Positions 21,662 through 32,362 of a stretch of DNA of 64,000 bases are shown piece after piece. How positions within the stretch are numbered: position 1 is the first letter of the stretch; each line of letters begins with the position of its first letter. The translations under genes were made by a program, and so were the position numbers. The notes beneath the pieces are model-generated. The model had not been told where the DNA came from. It did not search any database and was given only the letters and a program-made list of their open reading frames with translations. This stretch comes from an uncultured delta proteobacterium (lineage in GTDB: Bacteria; Myxococcota; Myxococcia; Myxococcales; Myxococcaceae): assembly GCA_963771175.1 (NCBI GenBank), contig CAVYSY010000050.1:128001-192000 (forward strand), given 5' to 3'.

Positions 21662-23849
21662 TCAGTTCTCCACCACCGCGAAGTGCGAGGTGAGCTTGTA
21701 GGCGGAGAGCGTGCCGAGCTCGTCCAGGAAGTAGAGGTTGAGCTGCGCATCGGCCTGCAGCGCCGTGAGGCCCGCTCCGGCCCGCACCTCGGCGAGCACG
21801 TTGCCGCTGTCCGGATCCACCGCGCGCACGCGCTCGCCCGGCACCAGCACCACGCCGCGCGAGATGACGGGTAGCAGCGCCTTCGAGAGCTGCTCGCCCG
21901 CCGCTCCCACCCGCCAGTCCACCTCGCCGTCATCGCTCATCCGCGCGGCGGCTCCGAGCGCCGACGTCACCAGCACTCCGCCCGGCAGCTTCGCCAGTGC
22001 GTAGGGCCCCGGCCCCAGGTGCAGCGCGCGCTGCCATCGCGTCTGCCCGTTCGCGTCGAGGCACAGGAGCACGCCCTCGCCCTCGAGCTCCCCGGCGATG
22101 AACAGGCGCTTCCCGCTGGGGAGCGGCGTCGAGGGCAGGGCCAGTGACATCTCGTACGTCCAGACGGCCTCGCCGGTGTGGGCATCCGACAGCAGCAGCG
22201 CGCAGTGCGAGCCCTGGCCCAGCAGCGCCACGAAGCGCCGGCCCCAGGGCACCGGCGGGCCCAGGAAGGGGAGGGACGCGCTCATGCGGAAGCGCACCTG
22301 TCCATCCGCCAGGTCCAGCCCGTAGAGGTAGCCCGAGTCCGTCGCCAGCAGGGCGCGGTGGGCCTGAATCCCCAGGTGGCTGCGCCGCGTGCGCGGGGGC
22401 GCCAGTCGCCACATCTCCCGGCCCGTCACCTCGTTGAAGGCGAGGGCGATCCGATCATCCGAGAGCGTGAGCAGCAGCCCGTCCTGCCGCAGCAGCAGCG
22501 GGCCGATGTTCAGGCCATCGTGGTCGTGCAGCCAGCGCGCACTCGCGCCCTTGCCCTGGAAGCCGCAGATGCGCACGGTGCTCGCCCCGAGGCTGTAGCC
22601 ATCCGCCGAGGCCGCCACGCCATGGGTCGCCGCCCGTCGCCAGAGCTGCTTGCCCGTCTTGCGCTCGAAGGCGCAGGCCATCCGCGGGGACGAGAACACC
22701 ACCCCCTGGCGCCCCAGCATCAGCCGCCCCTGGTCCGCGTCCGCCAGCTTGCGCTGCTCCCACAGGCTCTGGAAGCGCAGGCGGCGCAGGCGCCCGGGCA
22801 CCTTCAGCGGGCGGGAGGCCCCAGGCGAGGGGGCCGTGCCGGGCGATCGCTGGCGTGCTCTCCTCGGGAGGTTGTACGGCCCCGCGCATGTGCGAGAGGC
22901 CCTCCCGGCAGCGCTCGGTCAGCTCCACGAGGTAGGGGTTGCTCGCCAGCGAGCGCTCCCGCTCGGCCATGGCCACCGCCAGGGCCTGTCCCAGGTGGAA
23001 CATGGCCTCCACCAGCGCCTCGCCCTGGAGGGGAAGGGCGGTGCCTCCCAGCCGGCCCTCTCCCGCCTTCAGGTCCAGCATCAGCTCCGGACGCACCCCC
23101 GCGGGCTCGAAGCCGAAGCGCGGCTCGCCCAACTCCATCGCCCGTGCCAGGTCCGCCGCCTGCCGGGTCAGCTCCAGCACGGTGAGGAAGGGCGGCCCCG
23201 GCGCGCGCCACGCCACCGGACGGTCCGGCAGGGACAGCCACACCTCTCCCGGGCACAGCAGCGAGGCCAGCGCCGGACCCTTCTCCCTCGCCGAACGACG
23301 CAGCACGTCATCCGGATCCTCCAGCGCGAAGCCGAAGCCGGGCACCGACGGCGGCGCCACCCGCCGGGTGAAGGGCTGGGGCCGGAGCTCCTCTGGATGG
23401 TGGGCGGGCTCGTCGAGCCGCTTCAGCGCCCGCTCGAGCCCCTGCCCGTGCTCCCTGCTCAGCGCCCGGGGGGCCACCTGGGAGATGTCCTTCAGGAAGT
23501 CCCGGCCACATGCCCGGGCCGCCTCCGCCAGCTCCTCCGCGTCCAGCCGCAGCGGCGGGCGCAGCAGCCGGGCCGGCCGCGACAGGCTCGCCACCTGTAG
23601 CTCGATGTCCGCTCCTGAACGCCTCAGCACCAGCTCCAGGTGCGCCTCCGCCAGCGAGGCCTGGGCCAGTCTCTGGCTCCCCGCATGCAACGCGGCCACG
23701 GCCCCCACGAGCGCCGGCACCGCCTCCACGAGCGATTCCTCCACCGCGCCCGGCAGCAGATTCACCCCGTCCAGCTCCATCGCGACGGAATCGCGCGGAG
23801 GGTTGGCGGGTTCGCGTTTCCATCGATGTCCGATGCGAAAGCGGAGCAT
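21662..23849 (-). CDS. PQQ-like beta-propeller repeat protein (frameshift near 22830)
   Basis: Repeated TGKQLW, TGREMW, DGQVRF, TGEAVW and DGEVDW blades. N-terminal half lies in the 22455-25040 frame from MLRFRIG. Confidence 0.75.
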
Positions 23850-23863
23850 CCCTTCCCCATTCG

Positions 23864-23893
23864 TTGACAAGCCAGAATAGCGATGGCTAGCAT
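23864..23893 (+). promoter_or_regulatory. Putative sigma70 promoter
   Basis: TTGACA-N18-TAGCAT upstream of the gene at 23952. Confidence 0.55.
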
Positions 23894-23951
23894 CCGCCGC
23901 CCATACGGACCTACATTTTTGTAACCGTTCGAATTTCTTGGGGAATCGCCG

Positions 23952-26219
23952 ATGACTTTTTACGAGGCCGCTCTCCGTGTCCTGGAGAGCGAAGGTCGAC
24001 CCCTCACCTTCCTGGAGATCACCGAGAAATCGATCGCCGAGAACCTGCTGTCCCACGTCGGCAAGACGCCCGAGCTGACGATGCTGTCGCGGCTCGCGGC
24101 GATGGCCCGCCGGACGCGCGATCGCAAGGTGGTGGTCACCGCCAAGGACACCTTCGCGCTCGTCGACTGGGCGTTGCCGGAGGACGCCGAGGCGTTGGCG
24201 TTGACGGGAGTGATGGAGCCACATCCAGAGGACAGCCTGCCGCCCCTGCGGCCGGACGAGCGCCATCCGGAGCCGCGCACGGAGAACGTGCGCGCCGCGG
24301 GGCGTGGCACCGAGCGGGGCAAGCGCCGCCGCGAGGAGGAGGAGGAGGGTCGGGGTGGCAGTCGCCGCCGCTTCCCGCCCATGCCGGAGGTGGTGTTCGA
24401 GATCCTCAGCGAGTCCGAGCAGTCGCTGCGCCCGGAGCAGCTCCTGGAGCGGGCGAAGAGCAAGGAGCTGGCGGGCGAGGACCTGACCGTGGAGGCGCTG
24501 CTCACCGCGCTGCTGGAGGACAACCAGCGCCGCATCGACGCGGGCCGCCGTCCCCAGTTCTCCCTGTCCACGGAGACCGGGGCGGTGACGCTGGAGCGCG
24601 CCGGCGCGCCGAGCGAGGCGCCGCCGCTGGAGCTGCAGGCCGCGTTCGCCGCCGCGCTGGGGATTCCGCTCGAGGACGGGCGCCCGGTGCTGCCGAAGGC
24701 CGGTGCCGCCGCCGCCGCGACTCCCGAGGCCCAGGCCGATGCCGTCCTGCTGACGACGGCGCGCACGGCGGTGAAGGACGCGCGCAAGGCCGTGGCTCGG
24801 GCGGTGCGCAAGCGCCTCGGCGAGCTGGACGTGGGCACCTTCGAGAAGTCCGTCGTGAAGATGATGCACGCGCTGGGCTTCCGCGAGCTGAAGGTGGCCA
24901 AGCGCTCCAAGGAGGGCCCGCTGCTCACCGCGCGCAAGCGCGAGGGCAGCGTGGACCTGCGCTACGCCATCCGCATGCTCAAGGGCACGCCGGCCCTGGA
25001 GCGCAAGGCGGTGCAGGAGCTGCGCAAGGACCTCGGCCACTACTCGGCCCAGGTGGGCCTGCTGGCGTGCGCCGGGGACGTGCGCGGCGATGCGCGCACC
25101 GAGGCCCAGGCGAGCGGCTCGCTGGTGATGCTGTGGTGCGGTGACGCGCTCGGCGAGAAGTTCCTCGAGGCCAAGGCCGCGGTGACCGTCACCACGGTGG
25201 AGTTGTACGACGTCGACGAGCGCTTCTTCGAGGTGGCGAAGCTCGAGGCCGAGGAGGCGCAGAAGCGTCGCGAGGAGCGCCAGCGCGAGAAGCAGGCCCG
25301 CACCGAGGAGGGGGAGGAGGGCGCCGAGGAGACCGAGGCCCGCGAGACCGAGGCCGCCGAGGAGGCCCCCGCGCCGTCCCGCCGCGAGGAGCGCCAGCGC
25401 GCCCGCGAGGAGCGTCGTCGCGAGCGGCAGGCCCGTGCCGAGCAGGCCCGCGCCGAGAAGCCCGAGGCCGCGCAGGCGCCGGTCGCCGTCGCGCCCACCG
25501 AGGCCGTCGCGCCCGCTGCCCTCTCCGAGGAGGAGCAGGGCGAGGAGGGTGAGGAGGAGGGCGAGGACGAGGAGCTGGAGGCAGCGAGCGCCTTCGTCGG
25601 TGGCGGTCAGCCGGAGGGGGGTCCTCCGGGCGAGACCGCGGGTGAGCGCAAGCGCCGCCGCCGTCGTCGTCGGGGTCGTCGCGGCCGGGGTGGTCGTGGT
25701 CCCGAGGGGGCTCCGGGCGTCGAGGGTGCAGCCGGGGCGCCAGGGACTCCTCCGGGTGAGGGCGTCGCCGCCGCCGAGGGTGTCGCCGCCGCCGAGGGTG
25801 CCGCCACCACCGAGGGTGCCGCCACCACCGAGGGTGCCGCCACCACCGAGGGTGCCGCCACCACCGAGGGTGCCGCCACCGCCGGGGTGACTTCCGGTGA
25901 GGGCGTCGCCACCGCCGGGCCCGTTGCCGAGGCCGCTGCTCCGGCTCCTGTCCAGGAGGCCGCCGCATCCGCGCCCTCCGAGGGCATGGCGGCTCCGGGT
26001 GAGGCCGTGAGGACGGCCGCCGAGTGGCAGTCGCCCTTCCCGAGCGTGGAGAGTTCCGCTCCGGCCGAGGCCCAGCGTACGGCCGCGGAGGAGTACGCTC
26101 GGGTGGCCGCCGAGAAGGCGGAATCCGTCGCCGAGGGGGCCCGTCCTCCCTCGGAGCCGGCCCCCTCCAACGAGCCACCTCCCTCGGGGGGCGGCTCGCC
26201 GGAAGGCGGGACGACCTGA
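23952..26219 (+). CDS. HARE-HTH domain protein with degenerate Mrr-like domain and long charged tail
   Basis: MTFYEAALRVLESEGRPL...GKTPELTM (HARE-HTH), a second HTH-like unit, FEKSVVKMMHALGF, then Glu/Arg-rich low-complexity sequence. Confidence 0.8.
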   Translation: MTFYEAALRVLESEGRPLTFLEITEKSIAENLLSHVGKTPELTMLSRLAAMARRTRDRKVVVTAKDTFALVDWALPEDAEALALTGVMEPHPEDSLPPLRPDERHPEPRTENVRAAGRGTERGKRRREEEEEGRGGSRRRFPPMPEVVFEILSESEQSLRPEQLLERAKSKELAGEDLTVEALLTALLEDNQRRIDAGRRPQFSLSTETGAVTLERAGAPSEAPPLELQAAFAAALGIPLEDGRPVLPKAGAAAAATPEAQADAVLLTTARTAVKDARKAVARAVRKRLGELDVGTFEKSVVKMMHALGFRELKVAKRSKEGPLLTARKREGSVDLRYAIRMLKGTPALERKAVQELRKDLGHYSAQVGLLACAGDVRGDARTEAQASGSLVMLWCGDALGEKFLEAKAAVTVTTVELYDVDERFFEVAKLEAEEAQKRREERQREKQARTEEGEEGAEETEARETEAAEEAPAPSRREERQRAREERRRERQARAEQARAEKPEAAQAPVAVAPTEAVAPAALSEEEQGEEGEEEGEDEELEAASAFVGGGQPEGGPPGETAGERKRRRRRRRGRRGRGGRGPEGAPGVEGAAGAPGTPPGEGVAAAEGVAAAEGAATTEGAATTEGAATTEGAATTEGAATAGVTSGEGVATAGPVAEAAAPAPVQEAAASAPSEGMAAPGEAVRTAAEWQSPFPSVESSAPAEAQRTAAEEYARVAAEKAESVAEGARPPSEPAPSNEPPPSGGGSPEGGTT
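25758..25883 (+). repeat. 18-bp coding tandem repeat, 7 copies (EGVAAA/EGAATT)
   Basis: gagggtgccgccaccacc units are directly visible. Confidence 0.95.
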
Positions 26220-26276
26220 CGTCTTCGCGCTCTCCGCGGGTGAGGGGAGCGCGAGACTGGGCTAGGGTAGGCCGGT

Positions 26277-27206
26277 ATGAAGCCCGGCCTGCTCATCGTA
26301 GTGGTGGCCTTGATGCTCGGCGCCTGCCGTTCGCGGGAGCCGCTCCTGCCGGTGGAGCGCGTCACGCTCAAGGGCGCGACGGTGGTGGACAACGGCCTGC
26401 TCGGTTGGGGGCCGTCGGACGTTCACGAGCTCTTCTCGGACACGCTGCGCCAGAGCCGCCGCTTCGAGCTGCTCGAGAATGACGAGAAGGACGAGAAGGC
26501 GCGGCGGATGAAGGGCGCCTGGTCGCTCACGCTGGAGCTGCCCTTCACTCGCGAGTCGCTCAAGGACGGCAGTGCGTTCACCTTCGCCGAGGTGGGCGCC
26601 ACCCTGGAGCTGGAGCGGCGCGAGGCGGAGTCCACCGCTCGCTACCAGGTGGTGGGAATTGGCGAGGTGCGGGTGGAAGGGAAGGACCCCGAGGCTCGGC
26701 GCAAGGCGCTGCGCGAGGCGCTCCAGCGGGCCTTCAGCCAGGTCTCCGAGGCCGCCGCGCTCCAGATGGCGGCGGCGGACCGGGAGGACGCGGCGCTCCT
26801 GCAGGACCTGCAGTCGCCGGACGAGCGGGTGCGCGAGTTCGCCCTGCACGTGCTAGCCGAGCGACGCAACCCCGCGTCGGCGCCGCTGCTCATCCGCCAG
26901 TTGGAGGACGAGGACGCGCAGGAGGTGCGCCAGGCCATCGGCGCGCTGGTGGAGATGAAGGCGCGCACCGCCGTTCCCGCGCTCATCGAGTTGGTGAAGG
27001 ATCGGGAGGTCGGCTTCGTGCAGGAGGTCGTCTTCGCCATCGGGGAGATTGGGGGCGCCGAGGCCGAGGCGTACCTCTTCACGGTGGCGCACGGGCATGA
27101 TCAGCCGGATGTCCAGGCCGCCGCCCAGCAGGCGCTGGACACGCTCTACGCATCACGCAAGCTGGCCACTCCGGAGGCGCGCGGTACGGATCGCGCGAAA
27201 CACTGA
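26277..27206 (+). CDS. HEAT-repeat lipoprotein
   Basis: Lipobox LGAC and C-terminal HEAT/PBS repeats (LEDEDAQEVRQAIGAL). Confidence 0.85.
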   Translation: MKPGLLIVVVALMLGACRSREPLLPVERVTLKGATVVDNGLLGWGPSDVHELFSDTLRQSRRFELLENDEKDEKARRMKGAWSLTLELPFTRESLKDGSAFTFAEVGATLELERREAESTARYQVVGIGEVRVEGKDPEARRKALREALQRAFSQVSEAAALQMAAADREDAALLQDLQSPDERVREFALHVLAERRNPASAPLLIRQLEDEDAQEVRQAIGALVEMKARTAVPALIELVKDREVGFVQEVVFAIGEIGGAEAEAYLFTVAHGHDQPDVQAAAQQALDTLYASRKLATPEARGTDRAKH

Positions 27207-27209
27207 CAC

Positions 27210-27809
27210 ATGAAGCTCTCGTCTGTCGTCGTACGGTGGGGCCTCGGGGCCGCACTGACCATGGGAGTCGGCGCGTGCGCGAGCCGGCAGCAGGTGGTTG
27301 AGAAGGAGACCCGTCCCTCCGAGTCGCTGGCCGCGTACTACCCGCTGGCCGTGGGCAACCGCTGGACGTACCGGGTCAACGGCCGCGTGGACAAGACCGT
27401 GGACGTGGAGGTGCTCAAGGAGGAGGACGGGTACTTCCTCGACAACCAGGGCGGGCAGCTCTCCGTGGATGGGTTCGGCATCCGGGATCGCAAGCGCTAC
27501 CTGCTGCGCGGGCCGCTCGCCGAGGGCAACGCGTGGACGAACGTGGTGTCCGTGTCCTCCACCGAGCGCTACCGCATCCTCCAGGCGGGAGTGCCCTGTG
27601 AGGCGCCGGCCGGCTCCTTCGCCCACTGCGTGCGGGTGGAGGCGCGCAACCGCGTGGACGCGGAAACCACGCTGGTGAACGCGCTCACCTTCGCCGAGGG
27701 CGTGGGGCTGGTGCGCGTGGAGGTGTCCGCCGAGAAGAGTAACGGCGAGCGCCTGCCGCAGACGTGGTTGGAGCTGGCCTCGTATCGGCTCGAGAACGCG
27801 GGTCGCTGA
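27210..27809 (+). CDS. Putative lipoprotein
   Basis: Lipobox VGAC; YYPLAVGNRWTY, APAGSF and FAEGVGLV motifs. Confidence 0.8.
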   Translation: MKLSSVVVRWGLGAALTMGVGACASRQQVVEKETRPSESLAAYYPLAVGNRWTYRVNGRVDKTVDVEVLKEEDGYFLDNQGGQLSVDGFGIRDRKRYLLRGPLAEGNAWTNVVSVSSTERYRILQAGVPCEAPAGSFAHCVRVEARNRVDAETTLVNALTFAEGVGLVRVEVSAEKSNGERLPQTWLELASYRLENAGR

Positions 27810-27826
27810 GAACAGGGGAGCGGAAC

Positions 27827-29149
27827 ATGAAGGAGATTGGCATTGCCCTGCTGGGGCTGGGCAACGTGGGGCTGGGGACGTACCGGATCCTCAATCAGCA
27901 CGCGAAGGACATCGAGCGGCGTCTGGGCGCGCGAGTGCGTGTGCGCCACGTGCTGGTGCGCAACCAGGGCAAGGCCCGTCCCGAGGACGTACCCGCCTCG
28001 CTCCTCACCCACGACATCCAGACCATCCTGAAGGATCCGGAGGTGTCGGTGGTGGTGGAGGTGATGGGCGGGCTGAGCCCCTCGAGCGAGTACCTCGAGC
28101 AGGCGATCGCCTCGGGGCGCCACGTGGTGACGGCGAACAAGGCGCTGCTGTCCTCGCAGGGTGAGGCGCTCTTCTCGAAGGCGGTGGCGCGCGGGGTGGA
28201 CGTCCACTTCGAGGGCGCCGTCTGTGGCGGCATCCCCATCATCCGCACGCTGCGCGAGGCGCTCGCGTCGGACCGGGTGGAGTCGCTCATCGGCATCGTC
28301 AACGGCACCACCAACTTCATCCTCTCGGCCATGGCGGACGAGGGGGCCACGTACGCGGACGCGCTCCGGCGTGCGCAGGAGCTCGGCTACGCGGAGGCGG
28401 ATCCGACGTTCGACGTGGGAGGCATGGACGCGGCGCAGAAGCTGTGCCTGCTGGCCTCGCTGGCCTTCTCCGCGCGCGTGTCCCCCGAGTCCATCCTCGT
28501 CGAGGGGATTACCAGCCTCACCCCCGCGGACATCTCCTACGGGCGCGAGGCGGGCTATGTCCTCAAGCTGCTCGCCCAGGCGCGCCGCGCTCCCGAGGGC
28601 CTGGATGTGCGCGTGCACCCGGCCTTCATCCCCGCCGCCAGCCCCCTGGCGGACGTGCGCAGCGCCTTCAACGCGGTGCTGCTCCAGTCCGCCGCGCTGG
28701 GGGCCTCGCTCTACTCGGGCCGGGGCGCCGGGGCGATGCCCACCGGCAGCGCGGTGGTGTCGGACATCATCGACACCTGCCGCAACCTCCTGGCCGGCGT
28801 CTCCGGGCGCCTGCCCCTGCCGTGCGCGCCGCACGTGCAGGACGTGCCCCTGCTGCCCTCGGGCGAGCGTCGCGGGCCGGCCTACCTGCGCTTCTCCGTC
28901 AGCGACGAGCCCGGCGTGTTGGGGCGCATCGCCAGCGTGATGGGGGAGAAGGGGGTGAGCATCAACTCGGTGCTCCAGCGCCCCCCTCGCCCCGAGGACT
29001 CCCACGCCACCATCGTCGTCTTCACCCACGACACGCGCGAGTCGGATGTCATGGCCGCGGTGAAGTGGATCGACTCGCTGCGCAGCACACGTGCTCCCAC
29101 CCAGGTCATCCGTATCGAAGAGGGGCCCGGGGTGCTCCTCGCAGGGTAG
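27827..29149 (+). CDS. hom: Homoserine dehydrogenase with ACT domain
   Basis: GLGNVG, VVTANK, NGTTNFIL, GYAEADPTFDV and DEPGVLG motifs. Confidence 0.95.
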   Translation: MKEIGIALLGLGNVGLGTYRILNQHAKDIERRLGARVRVRHVLVRNQGKARPEDVPASLLTHDIQTILKDPEVSVVVEVMGGLSPSSEYLEQAIASGRHVVTANKALLSSQGEALFSKAVARGVDVHFEGAVCGGIPIIRTLREALASDRVESLIGIVNGTTNFILSAMADEGATYADALRRAQELGYAEADPTFDVGGMDAAQKLCLLASLAFSARVSPESILVEGITSLTPADISYGREAGYVLKLLAQARRAPEGLDVRVHPAFIPAASPLADVRSAFNAVLLQSAALGASLYSGRGAGAMPTGSAVVSDIIDTCRNLLAGVSGRLPLPCAPHVQDVPLLPSGERRGPAYLRFSVSDEPGVLGRIASVMGEKGVSINSVLQRPPRPEDSHATIVVFTHDTRESDVMAAVKWIDSLRSTRAPTQVIRIEEGPGVLLAG

Positions 29150-29264
29150 GGGGCAGCCGAGCAACCGACTGATTCGGTTACCTGCCTGGCGGGGTGGTTG
29201 AAAGCCGCGCCGCTCGTCCCTACCCTGGGGGCCCTTTTCGCCGGAGGGCCTCTGGATGGGTGCG

Positions 29265-30282
29265 ATGGAGAACGCCGAGCAGACTCAAGAGGAGCTCATC
29301 CTCGGTTTCCTCGCGGATGGGCGTGACGAATACACCTCGGGAGAGGCGCTCTCCGCCAAGCTGGGCCTGTCGCGCACCGCCGTGTGGAAGCACGTGCAGG
29401 CGTTGCGCGGCAAGGGCTACCGCATCGACGCCGTGCCCGCCCGGGGCTATCGGCTGGTGGACGTGCCGGATCGGCTCTCGCCGCTGGAGCTGTCGCCGCT
29501 GTTGGCCACCCACCACCTCGGGCAGAGCATCCACTTCCACGAGACCCTGCCGTCCACCAACGAGGCCGCCTTCCGGCTGGCCGCGGACGGCGCCGAGCAC
29601 GGCGAGGTGGTCGTCACCGAGCAGCAGACGGCCGGCAAGGGCCGCCGGGGCCGCGTCTGGGTGTCGCCTCCGAGGCTGAACCTGTACTTCTCCGCCATCC
29701 TCCGGCCGGAGCTGGCGCCGCAGCAGGCCCCCGAGCTCACGCTGGTGGCCGCGGTGGCGCTGGCCGAGACGCTGCGTGAAGAAGGCGTCGACGCCCTCAT
29801 CAAGTGGCCCAACGACGTGCAGATCGGTGGCCGCAAGGTGGCGGGCATCCTCACCGAGCTGTCGGCGGAGCCGGAGCGCGTCCACTTCGTGGTGCTGGGC
29901 ATCGGCGTCAACCTCAACGCCGGCCGCGAGGACTTCCCCCCGGAGGTGGCCGCCACCGCCACCTCGCTCTCCGAGGCGCTGGGCCGGCGCGTCAACCGCG
30001 CCCTCTTCACCACCGCCCTCTGGGGCCGCCTCGAGGAGTGGCTGGACCTGCACCACGAGGAGGGCTTCGATCCGGTGCGCCAGCGCTGGAAGGCAGCTGT
30101 CCTCCACGCTCGGCCAGGACGTGCTGGTGCGTACCGACCGATCGGAATTGCGCGGTGTGGCCGAAGACATCGATCCCGCCGGGGCGCTCCTGGTGCGGAC
30201 GGCGCGGGGCTCGCTGGAGCGGGTGCTCGCCGGGGATGTGGAGCAGCTCCGTCCCCGGGTGACTCCGCCGCGCCCCGAATAG
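29265..30282 (+). CDS. birA: Bifunctional biotin ligase/repressor (frameshift near 30095)
   Basis: N-terminal [26 protein letters not shown] and KVAGIL motifs. Confidence 0.93.
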
Positions 30283-30322
30283 GGGCGTGGGCGGGCGGCT
30301 TCGCGCTAGAGTCGGCGAGGCC

Positions 30323-31094
<772 letters not shown>

Positions 31095-31098
<4 letters not shown>

Positions 31099-32260
31099 GC
31101 ACCACCGCCGCGCCCCAGGACGATTCCGGCCTCGCCCAGGGCTGCCCCATCACCGCGGAGTTCCTGCCGCCCACATGCGCAAGCACGTGGATCCGGCCGC
31201 GCCGCCGCGCCGCTGCGGATGATGGCCGCCAAGGCCCTGGTGCCGCTGGCGCCCGCGGACATGCTCGGCGCGCTCTTCATGCTCACGTTCGATCGCGGAC
31301 GCGGGCGTGCGCGAGACGGCCACGAAGAGCGGCCGCCGGCCTGCCGGATCGCATCCTCTCCGCCGCCCTGCGTGACGAGGACGTCGCCGCCCCCGTGCTG
31401 GGCTGGTTCCTCGCGCGGCTGCGCGGCCAAGGACGTCTACGCCGAGATGCTCGTCCTCAACCCCACCACGCCCGACGAGGCGGTGGCCGAGGTGGCCGCG
31501 AGCTGCAGCGCGAAGATCGCGGAGATCATCGCCGAGAACCAGCTCCGCGATCCTGCGCCACGAGGACATCATCCGCAGCTCTGCACAACCCGCAGCGCCA
31601 GCCGGCGCCCTGATCGACACGCGTCTGTGACTTCGCGGTGCGCAGCGGCGTGATCCTCGCGGACGTGCCGCAGATGCAGGCCGCGCGCGTGCGCCTCTTC
31701 GGGCCCCAGGCCGCTCCCGCCCGAGCCCGGTCCCACCGCCGAGGAGATCATCGAGGAGTTCAAGGACGTCGTGGCCAAGGAGCCGGCGGAGGGGGAGGCG
31801 GAGAACGCCCCGCCCATCGAGGAGGCCAAGAAGCTCAGCCTCACCCAGCGCATCATGAAGATGAGCATCGCCGAGAAGATCAAGCTGGCGACGCTGGGCA
31901 ACAAGGAGGCGCGCAGCATCCTCATCCGCGACACCAACAAGCTGGTCTGCGGTCGCCGTCATCCGCAGCCCGCGCATCACCGACGGCGAGGTCCTCTCCG
32001 CGCGGCCAACAAGGCCGTCAACGAGGAGGTGCTGCGCATCATCTACACCAGCCGCGAGTGGACGAAGAACTACCAGATCAAGCTGGCGCTGGTGAAGAAC
32101 CCCAAGGTGCCGCTCTCGGTGGGCATGAAGCTTCCTCACCACCCTGCGCGAGAACGACGTGAAGGAGCTCGCGCGGGACAAGAACGTCCCGTCCGCCGTC
32201 CAGGGCATGGCCAAGAAGATGATGGACAAGAAGAACGAGCCCAAGAAGGAAGAGAAGTAG
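31095..32260 (+). CDS. Conserved hypothetical helical protein (multiple apparent frameshifts)
   Basis: Fragments MMAAKALVPL, SLTQRIMKMSIAEKIKLATLGNKEARSILIRDTNK and WTKNYQIKLALVKNPK. Confidence 0.7.
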
Positions 32261-32315
32261 GGCTCGCGGTGGGGGCGAGGGGAGCTCATCACGGGTTCAG
32301 CCCGTGGGGCTCGGG

Positions 32316-32359
32316 ACCCTCGCCCCGGGTGCCTCTCCCGGTGGGGGAGAGGCGAGGGT
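32316..32359. repeat. GC-rich palindrome between convergent genes (REP-like or terminator)
   Basis: ccctcgcc...cctctccc ggtg ggggagaggcgagggt. Confidence 0.45.
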
Positions 32360-32362
32360 GTC

